Shown here: positions 10,451 to 20,296 of the stretch, one piece after another
Layout of the letters: each line of letters begins with the position of its first letter
Numbering within the stretch: position 1 is the first letter of the stretch
Assembly: GCA_041674285.1 (NCBI GenBank)
Contig: JBAYVZ010000004.1
Location: forward strand, 21,913-85,912
Source: Minisyncoccota bacterium
GTDB lineage: Bacteria > Patescibacteriota > Minisyncoccia > Phycocordibacterales > UBA9973
Direction of reading: 5' to 3'
DNA: 64,000 nt
Program-made: the position numbers and the translations under genes
The notes under the pieces: model-generated
What the model saw: the letters and a program-made list of their open reading frames with translations, nothing else
What the model was told of the DNA's origin: nothing
Databases searched by the model: none

Positions 10451-10999
10451 CTAGAACTTTTTAACCTGTAGGAAGTCCAATTCCACTGGAGTCTCTCTAC
10501 CGAACATAGAAACCAATACTTTTACCTTGCCTCTCTCGTTATCTACATCACTAACTTTACCCTCTAGGTCCTTGAATGGGCCGTCTCCGATACGCACGAT
10601 CTCACCAACAGACAGATCAATCTGGTGCTTTGCCTTGTTCTCTGTATCCATCTTTCCGAAGAGTGCATCTACCTCAGACTTTTCAAGAGGAACTGGGTTC
10701 ACCCCTGCCCCTACGAATCCTGTGACGCGTGGAGTATTTCGGACTACATACCAAGAGTTGTCATCCACGATCATATCTACTAGGACATAACCTGGGTAAA
10801 CTTTTTCTTCTACTTCAGCACGCTTTCCACCCTTGATCTTGATCTTCTTCTCAGTAGGAACGATGACATTGAAAATCTTGTCATTCATACCTAGGCTATC
10901 TATACGCTGTTTTAGATTTCTCAAAACTGCATTCTCGTATCCGGCATATGTGTGGATTGCGTACCAATTGCGCTCCCCTTTTAATTCTTGTTTTGCCAT
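10451..10999 (-). CDS. nusG: Transcription termination/antitermination factor NusG
   Basis: NGN domain WYAIHTYAGYENAV; C-terminal KOW GEIVRIGDGPFKDLEGKVSDVDNERGKVKVLVSMFGRETPVELDFLQV. Conserved secE-nusG-rplK order. Confidence 0.9.
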   Translation of the reverse strand: MAKQELKGERNWYAIHTYAGYENAVLRNLKQRIDSLGMNDKIFNVIVPTEKKIKIKGGKRAEVEEKVYPGYVLVDMIVDDNSWYVVRNTPRVTGFVGAGVNPVPLEKSEVDALFGKMDTENKAKHQIDLSVGEIVRIGDGPFKDLEGKVSDVDNERGKVKVLVSMFGRETPVELDFLQVKKF

Positions 11000-11075
11000 T
11001 GATTTATTAGTTTCTAGTAATTAGTTTCTAGTGACTAGAAAATAAAAACTAGATTTTAAATTAATTTAATAATAA

Positions 11076-11264
11076 TTATCTGTTCAAAAGCAACCACTGT
11101 AAGCCAGATGAGAACAAGTAATCAAAAAGACCCAGGTAGTAAGCGATACCCACAGATATAACAATAACTGCAATAGTAGCAGATATAGCTTTTGTGCGAG
11201 TTGGCCATGTTACATTCTTTACCTCAGCCTTTGTTTCTTTAAAATATGTTATTAATTCTTTCAT
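11076..11264 (-). CDS. secE: Preprotein translocase subunit SecE
   Basis: 62 aa, single C-terminal TM (AISATIAVIVISVGIAYYLG), amphipathic N-terminus, located immediately upstream of nusG. Confidence 0.8.
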   Translation of the reverse strand: MKELITYFKETKAEVKNVTWPTRTKAISATIAVIVISVGIAYYLGLFDYLFSSGLQWLLLNR

Positions 11265-11391
11265 AAATTGATTATATTACTCTTACTAAAAAACACCCCG
11301 CGGGTGTATGTAAATACATAATACGCCTTTTATCCCATAAAGTCAATATAAAGAAAAAACCTCCCAAATGGAGGTTTTTTTCTTTATGTAT

Positions 11392-12204
11392 CTACCTTAT
11401 GCTGTATGTGATAGTCACATTTGAAGTGATCTTGTTCTCCCCTTTTGGTAGTACTGGAGCTGATGCACCCATAGCACTATCCATCATTGCACTCTTTGCA
11501 TACATGATAGGATATCCTCCACCATTCTCAGAGAAGCTAGCTACCTTGCCTAGTCTGACTCCTAGTTGCTTTGCTAGTATCTCAGCTTTTTCGCGAGCAT
11601 TCTGAATAGCGATACCACGAGCCTCATCTCGAAGAGTTTCTTCATCATCGATCATAAAAGTAGGACCACTGATCATATCTACTCCGATCTTGGAAAGACC
11701 AGTCTTGATATCATTTGCTGTATCAACATCACGAATTTTTACTGTGATAGATTGTGTAGCTGTATACCCTACGATCTTTGATTCACCTTGTGGACAAGGT
11801 ACAGTCACACAGTAGATAGGTGTATTTGAATACTTTGGATTCACTCCACCGTATTCAGCTTTGACATCCTTGTCGGCAATCTTTTGCTCTTTTAGATAAT
11901 TCAAAACAGATGCAGTTATCTCATTTAGATTCTTTGATGCAGAACCAGAGGTAGATGCATCCTTTGAAAGAGTAAAGTTGATACTTGCGATATCTGGAAC
12001 CGCAGTCACCTCTCCATCCGCAGATACACTGATAGTATTTTGGACCCCATTTTGACCATAGCGACCCATCATACCCCTACCACCATATGAATGAACACAG
12101 ATGATAGCTAAAACTATTAATCCAATAATGACGTACTTTTTGTTATTTTTTAATGTTTCCATAAGTATATTGTACCATATTCTAAATAAGTCCAGATTTG
12201 ACAA
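11392..12204 (-). CDS. SIMPL/DUF541-family periplasmic protein (BP26/OMP28-like)
   Basis: N-terminal TM, then ...VTAVPDIASINFTLSKDASTSGSASKNLNEITASVLNYLKEQKIADKDVKAEYGGVNPKY...ITVKIRDVDTANDI...GIAIQNAREKAEILAKQLG. This matches the two-layer SIMPL fold sequence pattern. Confidence 0.55.
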   Translation of the reverse strand: MSNLDLFRIWYNILMETLKNNKKYVIIGLIVLAIICVHSYGGRGMMGRYGQNGVQNTISVSADGEVTAVPDIASINFTLSKDASTSGSASKNLNEITASVLNYLKEQKIADKDVKAEYGGVNPKYSNTPIYCVTVPCPQGESKIVGYTATQSITVKIRDVDTANDIKTGLSKIGVDMISGPTFMIDDEETLRDEARGIAIQNAREKAEILAKQLGVRLGKVASFSENGGGYPIMYAKSAMMDSAMGASAPVLPKGENKITSNVTITYSIR

Positions 12205-12270
12205 AATCTTTAAAAGTTATATTATAGACATAAATTTCCTATTTTAAAACCATATAAAAAACAAAAAAAG

Positions 12271-12963
12271 ATGACTGACAAGAAATCAATCGAGTCCATG
12301 TTGATGGAATCCCAAACCTTAGTTGTTAATGAAGGAAACTTCCCAGTTAGAGGCACTCCCTATAAAATCCCATTGGGGGTTTTTATGCAAAAAATGATAT
12401 CAAACAATGAACTAGTTAACGAAATTGCTAGTATTATAATTGATAATTTGGACACAGAGATAGTTGCCGCTCATGATTATGACGGACTAGTTGTTGCTAG
12501 TGAAATTTGCAAAAGAACAAATAAGCAATTATTGTTCTTGCAGAGAAATACTTCAACAGGAAAACTTTCCGGACTAAACACAACAGAAGGCAAACCATTC
12601 CAGGGTAAAAAGGCTACCATTATCACAGGAGTATTGGCCACAGGCACACACAGCGCTGATGCTATTGAACTTTATGAAGAAAACGGTGGTAAGTGTAAAA
12701 AAATAATCGCAATTTTCGATTATGGTTTTAATTTACAACCAGCCGTATTTCAGAGCCCAAGCCAATTTGCTGAGGTTAAGAAATTGCCGGCAGAAGTACA
12801 TTCAATAGTTACTTTAAGGAGTACCGTTATCGATTCTGGATTCAGTGGGACTGAGCCATTAGAAAAATGGATTAGTGCACAAGGTGCTAACACCTTCCGA
12901 AAAACAAGAACAATCAGCATAAGACCCAAAGAAACAAAACCAGTAGGAGAACCTGCCAGCTAG
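12271..12963 (+). CDS. Phosphoribosyltransferase-domain protein (type I PRTase-like)
   Basis: KATIITGVLATGTHSADAIELYEENGGKCKKIIAIFD resembles the PRPP-binding loop (hydrophobic run followed by TGGT-like Thr/Gly). Assignment is weak. Confidence 0.35.
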   Translation: MTDKKSIESMLMESQTLVVNEGNFPVRGTPYKIPLGVFMQKMISNNELVNEIASIIIDNLDTEIVAAHDYDGLVVASEICKRTNKQLLFLQRNTSTGKLSGLNTTEGKPFQGKKATIITGVLATGTHSADAIELYEENGGKCKKIIAIFDYGFNLQPAVFQSPSQFAEVKKLPAEVHSIVTLRSTVIDSGFSGTEPLEKWISAQGANTFRKTRTISIRPKETKPVGEPAS

Positions 12964-13012
12964 TTATTTTTTGTAACAAAAAAATGCCACCCAATTGGAT
13001 TGGGTGGTTTTT

Positions 13013-13693
13013 TTATTTCTTATTCAATTTATCGCTCACAATCTTTCCGTCAGCCAGGTGTATCGTGCGGTCAGCCATCTGTGCATACTCCTCCTCATGA
13101 GTCACCATTATGATAGTCTGCCCTTCTTTATTTAATTCTAGAAATGCTTTGATCACAGAGGATGAAGTCTCGGAGTCTAGGTTTGCAGTAGGCTCATCAG
13201 CAAAGATAATCTTTGGGTCATGGGATATAGCACGAGCGATAGATACGCGCTGTTGCTGACCCCCAGAGAGCTCGCTCGGCAGATTGCCCATCTTGTCACC
13301 CAGACCGATCTTGATCAATGCCTTTTTTGCTTTTACTTCAGCCTCTTTCATATCATACCCCTGCATTAAAAGAGGTAGCAATGTATTCTCGAGTGCTGTG
13401 AGGGATGGCAATATCGCATAGTCTTGGAATATATACCCAAAGTCATTTAGGCGAACCATAGTCCTATCCTCCTCTGGCATATTCACCAGTTCTGCACCAT
13501 CAATCTGAATAGTTCCACTATTTGGCAGATCGAGCAATCCCAACTGATACATCAAAGTTGATTTACCAGACCCAGATTTACCAGTGATAGTCACAAACTG
13601 ACCTTCTTCTATAGTAAAAGAAAGGTCGTTCACTGCTATCACCTCTTGGTCTCCACTCTTAAATTTTTTTGTTAAATTTTTTACTTCGAGCAT
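13013..13693 (-). CDS. ABC transporter ATP-binding protein (MacB/LolD/FtsE-like)
   Basis: Walker A GKSGSGKST; signature LSGGQQQRVSIARAI; Walker B IIFADEPTANLD; H-loop. Confidence 0.92.
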   Translation of the reverse strand: MLEVKNLTKKFKSGDQEVIAVNDLSFTIEEGQFVTITGKSGSGKSTLMYQLGLLDLPNSGTIQIDGAELVNMPEEDRTMVRLNDFGYIFQDYAILPSLTALENTLLPLLMQGYDMKEAEVKAKKALIKIGLGDKMGNLPSELSGGQQQRVSIARAISHDPKIIFADEPTANLDSETSSSVIKAFLELNKEGQTIIMVTHEEEYAQMADRTIHLADGKIVSDKLNKK

Positions 13694-13714
13694 TTTATTT
13701 TTATTATCTTACAA

Positions 13715-14992
13715 TTATCTTCCGAGTATCGCGCTTAATGTATTTTGTTTTATGACCATTCGAGCTGGAATGAATCCGGCTATCATTGTCGTCACTAGTA
13801 GTATTCCTGCTCGGATCAATGCCCCTGGGAATGTAGCTACGAGTATACCATCAGAGAATGGGAAGTTTATAGGGTTGGCAGCAAAATATGGTTTTATAAA
13901 GAAGAATATGAGAACCATACCTATGATGATTCCAAGTGTCGCATATATAAAAGCCTGGTACATATAAGAATAAAGTATGGCTCTTTTATGGATACCTATA
14001 CCCTTTAGTATTCCGATAAAACGACGACGAGTTATAGCATTTACGAATATCACGATGAAGATAGTTATAGACGCGACGACTAGTCCTATAGCAGATATCA
14101 TCGAACCGAGTAGAGCAAATGTGCTTTTCATATCTTTGAGGAATTTAGGAAAGGCCTCCTCTGCAGTTTGCACACGAGCAAATTCTCCTACACCAGAATC
14201 AATCAAAAAGTTTTTTACAAAAACAGGATCTGTACCTGGTTGCAATAGAACTGCGATAGCTGCAGCATTTAAATCTGTGCGTCCAGTTAGCTTTCTGACC
14301 TCAGAATCGATCATAATGATAGAACTATCAAAGTCTACTTTAGACTGCACAAAGCCTTTTACAAAGTACTCTCTAGAAGTATTACCGACAGTGATTTTGA
14401 CTCGTGATCCGATTTGTACATCTTTGAGTGTCTGAAATCCAGGAGCTTCAATCGGAGTAAATTCGTAAAGTAGATTTTTACCTAGCAGAACACTATCACC
14501 ATCCTGTGGAGTCAGGTACTCCCCCTTGGTTACAAATTTAGCAATGCCAGAAAAATTTTCTTCTTGTATTGGATCGATACCCAATAGTGAACCCCCTGCT
14601 CCACCACGCTTATCTCCGGGCTTCACAGTGTCTCGATAATTTGACTCAACACGAGCAGAACCAGAGTATCTAACTGTATGATTCTTGTAACCAGGAATAT
14701 TTTTTACAATATCTACAACCTGCGGTGTCTGATCTATAGCACTACGATTCAAGAATGGTGATATGAGTACATCCCCTATGTCATACTTTTTTGCTGCATC
14801 TTCGGATCCTTGGATGAGTCCCACCAGGATTCCAGAAACTACAATCAGATTTAGAAATGTCAGAGTCATCACGAGCACGATCAATCCCGTAGTCCAGATA
14901 TTTGCACGCTGAATATCACGCTTGGCCAAAAACCAACCGACACGGGCATTTAACTTGAAAGAATTTTCGATTTTTTGTAGGTTATTTATCAT
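13715..14992 (-). CDS. ABC transporter permease, FtsX/MacB-type (N-terminal TM, large periplasmic domain, C-terminal 3-TM bundle)
   Basis: Topology and size (425 aa), with C-terminal TM cluster ILVGLIQ...IFIVIFVNAITRRRFIGILKGIGIHK typical of FtsX-like permeases. Adjacent to the ABC ATPase. Confidence 0.8.
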   Translation of the reverse strand: MINNLQKIENSFKLNARVGWFLAKRDIQRANIWTTGLIVLVMTLTFLNLIVVSGILVGLIQGSEDAAKKYDIGDVLISPFLNRSAIDQTPQVVDIVKNIPGYKNHTVRYSGSARVESNYRDTVKPGDKRGGAGGSLLGIDPIQEENFSGIAKFVTKGEYLTPQDGDSVLLGKNLLYEFTPIEAPGFQTLKDVQIGSRVKITVGNTSREYFVKGFVQSKVDFDSSIIMIDSEVRKLTGRTDLNAAAIAVLLQPGTDPVFVKNFLIDSGVGEFARVQTAEEAFPKFLKDMKSTFALLGSMISAIGLVVASITIFIVIFVNAITRRRFIGILKGIGIHKRAILYSYMYQAFIYATLGIIIGMVLIFFFIKPYFAANPINFPFSDGILVATFPGALIRAGILLVTTMIAGFIPARMVIKQNTLSAILGR

Positions 14993-15002
14993 TTAGAAAC
15001 TA

Positions 15003-16502
15003 TTAAGGGCGAGACAATATTATCTCATCGTTCACAGAAAGACCGCTCTGTATCTCTATCAATCCACCGTCCCCTAGCACTCCTGTAGTTACAGATTGTT
15101 TTACTGACTTTTTACTCTTTTTATTTGTGACCATATCTACATAGCTACCAGTCTCATCTTTTTTAACACCGGCTTTTGATACTACGAGAACATTGTCTTT
15201 TCCACCTGCATTTATTTTTACATCGGCATTCATACCTGGTCGGATTACATCACTCTTTTCATTTATAGAAATTTTAATCTCGTAGTTCACGATACCATCC
15301 TCTATTTTAGCAGCAGGATCTACTTGGACTACACTACCAGTGAATTCCCCAGCGAATGCATCAAATGATATAATTACAGATTGTCCCACTACTACGCTTG
15401 CGATATTTGATTCATTGATCTTTGTTTTTATATAAAGATTACTCACATCCTGGAGCATAACTACTTGCTTTGAAGTACTAGCTAGCTCACCTACCTTTAT
15501 ATCTACAGAAGTTATAGTACCATCTGCTGGAGCTCGAATGATAGTGTTTTCATAATTTGCCTGAGCCTGCTCAAGAGTTCCACGAGCTTGGAGAATATCA
15601 GCCTCAGCCAGAGCCACATCAGCAGGGCGAGCAATGGCTTTTTTAAGAGCAAGCTCAGCCTCCGCAGAGGACACGGTTGCCGACTTTGCCTGAAGGGCTG
15701 ACTGATATGCATTGTAATTTACAAGATAATTTGAAGCTTTTTTATTTGGAATTTCGATCTTCCAATCAGTACTCTCCACAGTGCCAGAAGTCGGCAATTT
15801 TATATACAATCCAGAATTACCAATAGGCTGGGCTACGTCATCATTCAAGGGACCAAAGCCTGTAGTGAGACCAGAAGCATCAAAACTCTTACCGTTTGAA
15901 GAATTATAAACCTTCAGGTTTATGGTACCTTCTTTACCCAAAATATAGTTTCCAGATATAACTGGTGCAATGTAATCCTTTGAAAAGTCTACGGGGATAG
16001 CTTCTGGGTAAGAACTAAGAAGATTATTTAAGGCATTTTTTACTAGCACATCTTGTGTTGCTTTTGTATTTTCAAGATTTATTTGAGCGATAGCAATCTC
16101 CTCATTTGAAGAACCGTCTATTATCTTTTTATATCGAGCTTCCGCTGCCGCAACAGCACCACGAGCAGAAGTAAGAGCTGCCCCCACAGAACCCTGCTCT
16201 AATGTAGCGATAATACCCCCCTTCTTTACTTGGTCTCCGACTTTTACTTTTACAGAAGACACGTTTCCACTACTATTAAAAGACAGACCTAGGTCTACAT
16301 TTGAGGTCACCTGACCAGTAGCGAGAACTGTCTGAGTTATACTCTTGTTCTCGACTGTTGCCACGACTACCCCTTTTGATGGATCTTTAAGCAAAAAAGA
16401 CAAGGCTATTATCACTATGATAATTGCACTTATCCAATATCTTTTTTTACCAAAAAAAATCGATACTATATTTTTAATTTTATTTATTTTATCTTGATCC
16501 AT
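15003..16502 (-). CDS. HlyD-family periplasmic adaptor (membrane fusion protein, MacA-like)
   Basis: N-terminal TM; coiled-coil hairpin AEAELALKKAIARPADVALAEADILQARGTLEQAQANY; beta-barrel/lipoyl-like segments. Operonic with the ABC ATPase and permease. Confidence 0.75.
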   Translation of the reverse strand: MDQDKINKIKNIVSIFFGKKRYWISAIIIVIIALSFLLKDPSKGVVVATVENKSITQTVLATGQVTSNVDLGLSFNSSGNVSSVKVKVGDQVKKGGIIATLEQGSVGAALTSARGAVAAAEARYKKIIDGSSNEEIAIAQINLENTKATQDVLVKNALNNLLSSYPEAIPVDFSKDYIAPVISGNYILGKEGTINLKVYNSSNGKSFDASGLTTGFGPLNDDVAQPIGNSGLYIKLPTSGTVESTDWKIEIPNKKASNYLVNYNAYQSALQAKSATVSSAEAELALKKAIARPADVALAEADILQARGTLEQAQANYENTIIRAPADGTITSVDIKVGELASTSKQVVMLQDVSNLYIKTKINESNIASVVVGQSVIISFDAFAGEFTGSVVQVDPAAKIEDGIVNYEIKISINEKSDVIRPGMNADVKINAGGKDNVLVVSKAGVKKDETGSYVDMVTNKKSKKSVKQSVTTGVLGDGGLIEIQSGLSVNDEIILSRP

Positions 16503-16507
16503 TTAAT

Positions 16508-16900
16508 TTATTTTATATTAACTAATTCTACTTCAAATATTAGAGTTGAATTTGGGGGTATTACTCCAGGTACACCGTTTTCTCCGTATGCCTTTTCTGG
16601 TGCGATAGTCAGAGTCTTCTTTTCCCCGACTTTCATCCCTACTAGACCCTCGTCCCATCCAGCTATTACCATACCTGCGCCTAGCTTGAATTCAAAAGGT
16701 TGTACATGATTAAATCTTGGATCTACATTTGAATCAAAAACAGTACCATCCTGTAAGCTTCCAGTATAATTCATAACCAAAACGTCTCCATTTTTTGCAA
16801 TTTTTTCCATATTTTTGTTTTTATTAATAAAGAAGTACCCTACTCCACAAACCACACCGATAATCAACAAAGATGTTATTATTGTATTTATATTTTTCAT
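16508..16900 (-). CDS. FKBP-type peptidyl-prolyl cis-trans isomerase
   Basis: GDVLVMNYTGSLQDGTVFDSNVDPRFNHVQPFEFKLGAGMVIAGWDEGLVGMKVGEKKTLTIAPEKAYG is a canonical FKBP domain. N-terminal TM anchor. Confidence 0.88.
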   Translation of the reverse strand: MKNINTIITSLLIIGVVCGVGYFFINKNKNMEKIAKNGDVLVMNYTGSLQDGTVFDSNVDPRFNHVQPFEFKLGAGMVIAGWDEGLVGMKVGEKKTLTIAPEKAYGENGVPGVIPPNSTLIFEVELVNIK

Positions 16901-16967
16901 TTTTTATAATCTTTAAATTAAAATGCTACTATATTTACATAGTAGCATTTTTATCACGATTTTGGAA

Positions 16968-17129
16968 TTAGATGAATCCTAATAATAAAGCAAAGGTAAA
17001 TGCAACACCAAGTATACCCAATACAGGGTGTATTTTCCATAAAATAATATCTATCAAAACCAATATAGCGAAATAAAGATATCCAATAGAACTAATTTTT
17101 AGTAAAACTTTTGAAAAAATTGTATCCAT
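16968..17129 (-). CDS. Small hydrophobic peptide (53 aa, two predicted TM helices) immediately downstream of the P-type ATPase; not in the ORF track (shorter than the cut-off)
   Basis: My translation of the minus strand from ATG at 17127-17129: MDTIFSKVLLKISSIGYLYFAILVLIDIILWKIHPVLGILGVAFTFALLLGFI*. Starts 2 nt after the ATPase stop. Followed by the hairpin aaaatgctactat...atagtagcatttt (16921-16954). Confidence 0.35.
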   Translation of the reverse strand: MDTIFSKVLLKISSIGYLYFAILVLIDIILWKIHPVLGILGVAFTFALLLGFI

Positions 17130-17131
17130 AT

Positions 17132-18982
17132 TTATATAATATCACGGCCAGCACGCAGTGCATAGAGTATAACTACTATGTCGATACCCTCTTGTATTAG
17201 AGCCCCGTAAAGTGGCATCAAATTGCCAGACAATGCAACGAACATACAGAGAGTAGACAAACCTATCCCAATAAATATTCCTTCACGAGCTACTTTTACA
17301 GTACGAATAGCTACTTTATAGGCTTCAGGAACTTTTTCAATAGAACCAGAGACTATCACAATATCCGCACTTTCAGATGCCGCTGTTGCACCGTGAGAGC
17401 CTAGAGCTATGCCGGCATCTGACTGTGCGAGAGCTGGTGCATCATTTACCCCGTCACCAATCATCGCTACTTTCAATCCACTCTTTTGAAGATCCTTAAT
17501 CACGATCAATTTTTCGTCGGGTAGACATTCCGCCTTATATTCATTTATTTTCATTGATGCAGCCACGGTCGATGCTACACTTTCTTTGTCACCAGATAAC
17601 AGCATAAATCTCTTTATACCTAAAGTAGATAGATCAGAGAAAACTTTACGCGCTTCAGGTCGAACTTCATCCTTAAAAGAAATCATTCCTATCACACCAG
17701 CACCTCTCCCCAAGTACACAGGTATGACTCCCTCATTTCTTGTTTTTATATATTCTTTGTTTAATTCGTCTCCGGCAATTATTCCATTATTTACTAGGTA
17801 TGCTAGTTTTCCAAAATAATATTTTTCACCGTTTACGACACCGCTGACTCCATCTCCAAAAACTTCCTTAAAGTCATCGGGGTAAATTAATTTTTGAGAT
17901 TTAGAATGGGCGTATTCCACCAATGACCTAGCAAATATATGTACCGACAGTTGATCGAGAGATGCGGATATTTTCAGTATTTCATCTTTTGGTATATTGG
18001 TGAATGTTTTTATGTCGTGTATCTCGGGTATCCCCATCGTGATAGTGCCTGTTTTATCAAACACGCACATATCCACTCTTGATAATAATTCGAGAGCTCC
18101 CCCATTCTTGACTATAATACCTGCGCGAGACGCCCTACTCATACCTGACATAAATGCGATGGGTGTAGCGAGGATTAGTGGACAAGGAGTAGCCACCACC
18201 AGCACTGCCAGCATTCGTATTGGCCCACCAAAATAATATGCCAATGCTGCCATTATGATAGTAAAAATTGTAAAGTATACACTGTATTTATCCGCCATAC
18301 GTACAAATGGTGCCTTGTTCTCCTCAGCCTGGCGCACCATATTGATTATTGTATGTAGTCTGGATTCAGTCAGTTCTTTGGTCACACGGATTTCTAGAGC
18401 AGCGTCTGTATTTTTTGTACCAGCCAAAACGACACTCCCGACTTCTTTTTTATTGGGTACTGATTCCCCTGTCATTACAGATTCATCAACATAAGAAACT
18501 CCACTCTCCACGACGCCGTCAGACGAGATAACTTCACCTGCCTTTACAATAATATGATCATTTATTTTTATATCAGAACTGTCTACATCAATAACCCCGT
18601 TATCCTTTTTTACATGGGTCTTTTGTGGTATCAAATTTAATAGATCAGAGAGTGCACGTCTAGCGCGGTTCATAGCATATGACTCCAGTGCTTCTCCTCC
18701 AGACAGCATCAATAGGACTATCATACCAGGTAAATATTCACCAAAGACAAGTGATGTGGCTAGGGCAAGTCCTGCGACGAGATCTACTCCAAAATTACGA
18801 CGAAGGATATTTGAGATTATTTCATACCAAAGGGGTATAGAAAATACACACAAAACCACGAGCGATACCTGTTGCGCAAATAAGTCTATTTTAAAAACAT
18901 AAGAAATGAAAACGAGAACCAGTGCCCCTAATGCGACAAAAGGAGTCCATGCCCGAACTTTGGAAATAATGTTTAGTATCAT
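17132..18982 (-). CDS. P-type ATPase, P1B (heavy-metal) subtype, lacking an N-terminal metal-binding domain
   Basis: DKTGTIT phosphorylation motif; hinge MIGDGVNDAPALAQSDAGIALG; TM6 VVATPCPLILATP (CPx-like motif of P1B ATPases). 616 aa. Confidence 0.85.
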   Translation of the reverse strand: MILNIISKVRAWTPFVALGALVLVFISYVFKIDLFAQQVSLVVLCVFSIPLWYEIISNILRRNFGVDLVAGLALATSLVFGEYLPGMIVLLMLSGGEALESYAMNRARRALSDLLNLIPQKTHVKKDNGVIDVDSSDIKINDHIIVKAGEVISSDGVVESGVSYVDESVMTGESVPNKKEVGSVVLAGTKNTDAALEIRVTKELTESRLHTIINMVRQAEENKAPFVRMADKYSVYFTIFTIIMAALAYYFGGPIRMLAVLVVATPCPLILATPIAFMSGMSRASRAGIIVKNGGALELLSRVDMCVFDKTGTITMGIPEIHDIKTFTNIPKDEILKISASLDQLSVHIFARSLVEYAHSKSQKLIYPDDFKEVFGDGVSGVVNGEKYYFGKLAYLVNNGIIAGDELNKEYIKTRNEGVIPVYLGRGAGVIGMISFKDEVRPEARKVFSDLSTLGIKRFMLLSGDKESVASTVAASMKINEYKAECLPDEKLIVIKDLQKSGLKVAMIGDGVNDAPALAQSDAGIALGSHGATAASESADIVIVSGSIEKVPEAYKVAIRTVKVAREGIFIGIGLSTLCMFVALSGNLMPLYGALIQEGIDIVVILYALRAGRDII

Positions 18983-19000
18983 ACAGGCATTATAGCATAA

Positions 19001-20296
19001 CTATTTTCCTCTCTTAAAAACCCAAAATAATATTAATAAATAGAAAATAACCAACATTAATAATGAAAATTTATATACAGTAACACTAGCAAATGGTAGT
19101 GAGGCAAATATCTGTATAACTTTTAAAATATAAGAAAGTAGTATATTTGAAACCCCACCAAATAAAGAGGATAATCCAATCCCCAAAAAACCAGCCAAGC
19201 CAGAGATAAATGAGAACAGCATCGCTAGTGGAATAAAAGGTAGTATAAATATATTTGCGGGGAAAGAAACAAAAGACAGTATTCCACTACTATATAGTAG
19301 CAGTGGGAGTACTGCTATTTGCGCAGCGATAGTAGTGGAGGCTATTTCTCGTATACCAAATCGTGCAGGTATCAAGAATACCCAAGACACCACCATAGGT
19401 GTAATATATAAAATACCAAAAGTAGCAACAAAAGAAAGTTGAAAAGATATATCAGTAACAACTCGCGGATCATACGCAAACATAATAAGACCTGCTATTA
19501 TCAGGGCCCTACTAGCATCATAATTCCTCCCAGATATCCTACCGAGCAATGCGATGATAGCCATTACCCCCGCCCGGACAGCAGATGCCCCAGACCCAGC
19601 CATGACAACAAATAAAATTATGACAAAAACACCCAAACCCAGAGATATAGCCATCGAGAAAATAATACCGAAAACTTTGACTACAGAGTTCGCAACGATA
19701 GTCACATTGTACCCAGAGAGTGCGATGATATGTATCGTTCCAGTAGTCACAAAATCATTGCGCATCTTTTCGCTAAAATTCCCTTTTACTCCTAAGATCA
19801 ATCCATTAGCCAAGTCGCTACTAGGATGACCGATAGCAAGATTGATATTTTCTACAAAATTATTTTTTAATTTAAATAAATATTTTTTAATCATACTCCC
19901 CTGATCATGAGACACCACGTCCACCTCTGCATACTGCACAGTAAAATAAACATCTCGATTTGCAAGATATCTCTCATAATTAAATTCCTTGCCTGTATTT
20001 GTAATAAAATTCTCTGGAGTTTCTAATGATCCCTTTACATAAATCTCGTCTCCATACTCTACTTTAGTCTCAAGATTAGCAACTACTAGGATATTGATAT
20101 CTGTATTGATAGGATTTACAGTCAATCTCTGATTATTGACTCTTACATCTGGCTGATCCACAACGATACCGTGGAACGATACGACCTTCCCCACACTATC
20201 AAAATACCCACTCGGAGGAGTAGGTATAAAATACAAAAAGCGTATGAGTGCTATAGATAAGAGTATTATTACAATTATTATTTCACGAGTTCGCAT
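19001..20296 (-). CDS. ComEC/Rec2-family DNA-uptake channel protein (DUF4131 + competence domain; no metallo-beta-lactamase domain)
   Basis: N-terminal TM, OB-like periplasmic segment (VVSFHGIVVDQPDVRVNNQRLTVNP...), then a polytopic competence domain. The short form is common in small genomes. Confidence 0.6.
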   Translation of the reverse strand: MRTREIIIVIILLSIALIRFLYFIPTPPSGYFDSVGKVVSFHGIVVDQPDVRVNNQRLTVNPINTDINILVVANLETKVEYGDEIYVKGSLETPENFITNTGKEFNYERYLANRDVYFTVQYAEVDVVSHDQGSMIKKYLFKLKNNFVENINLAIGHPSSDLANGLILGVKGNFSEKMRNDFVTTGTIHIIALSGYNVTIVANSVVKVFGIIFSMAISLGLGVFVIILFVVMAGSGASAVRAGVMAIIALLGRISGRNYDASRALIIAGLIMFAYDPRVVTDISFQLSFVATFGILYITPMVVSWVFLIPARFGIREIASTTIAAQIAVLPLLLYSSGILSFVSFPANIFILPFIPLAMLFSFISGLAGFLGIGLSSLFGGVSNILLSYILKVIQIFASLPFASVTVYKFSLLMLVIFYLLILFWVFKRGK

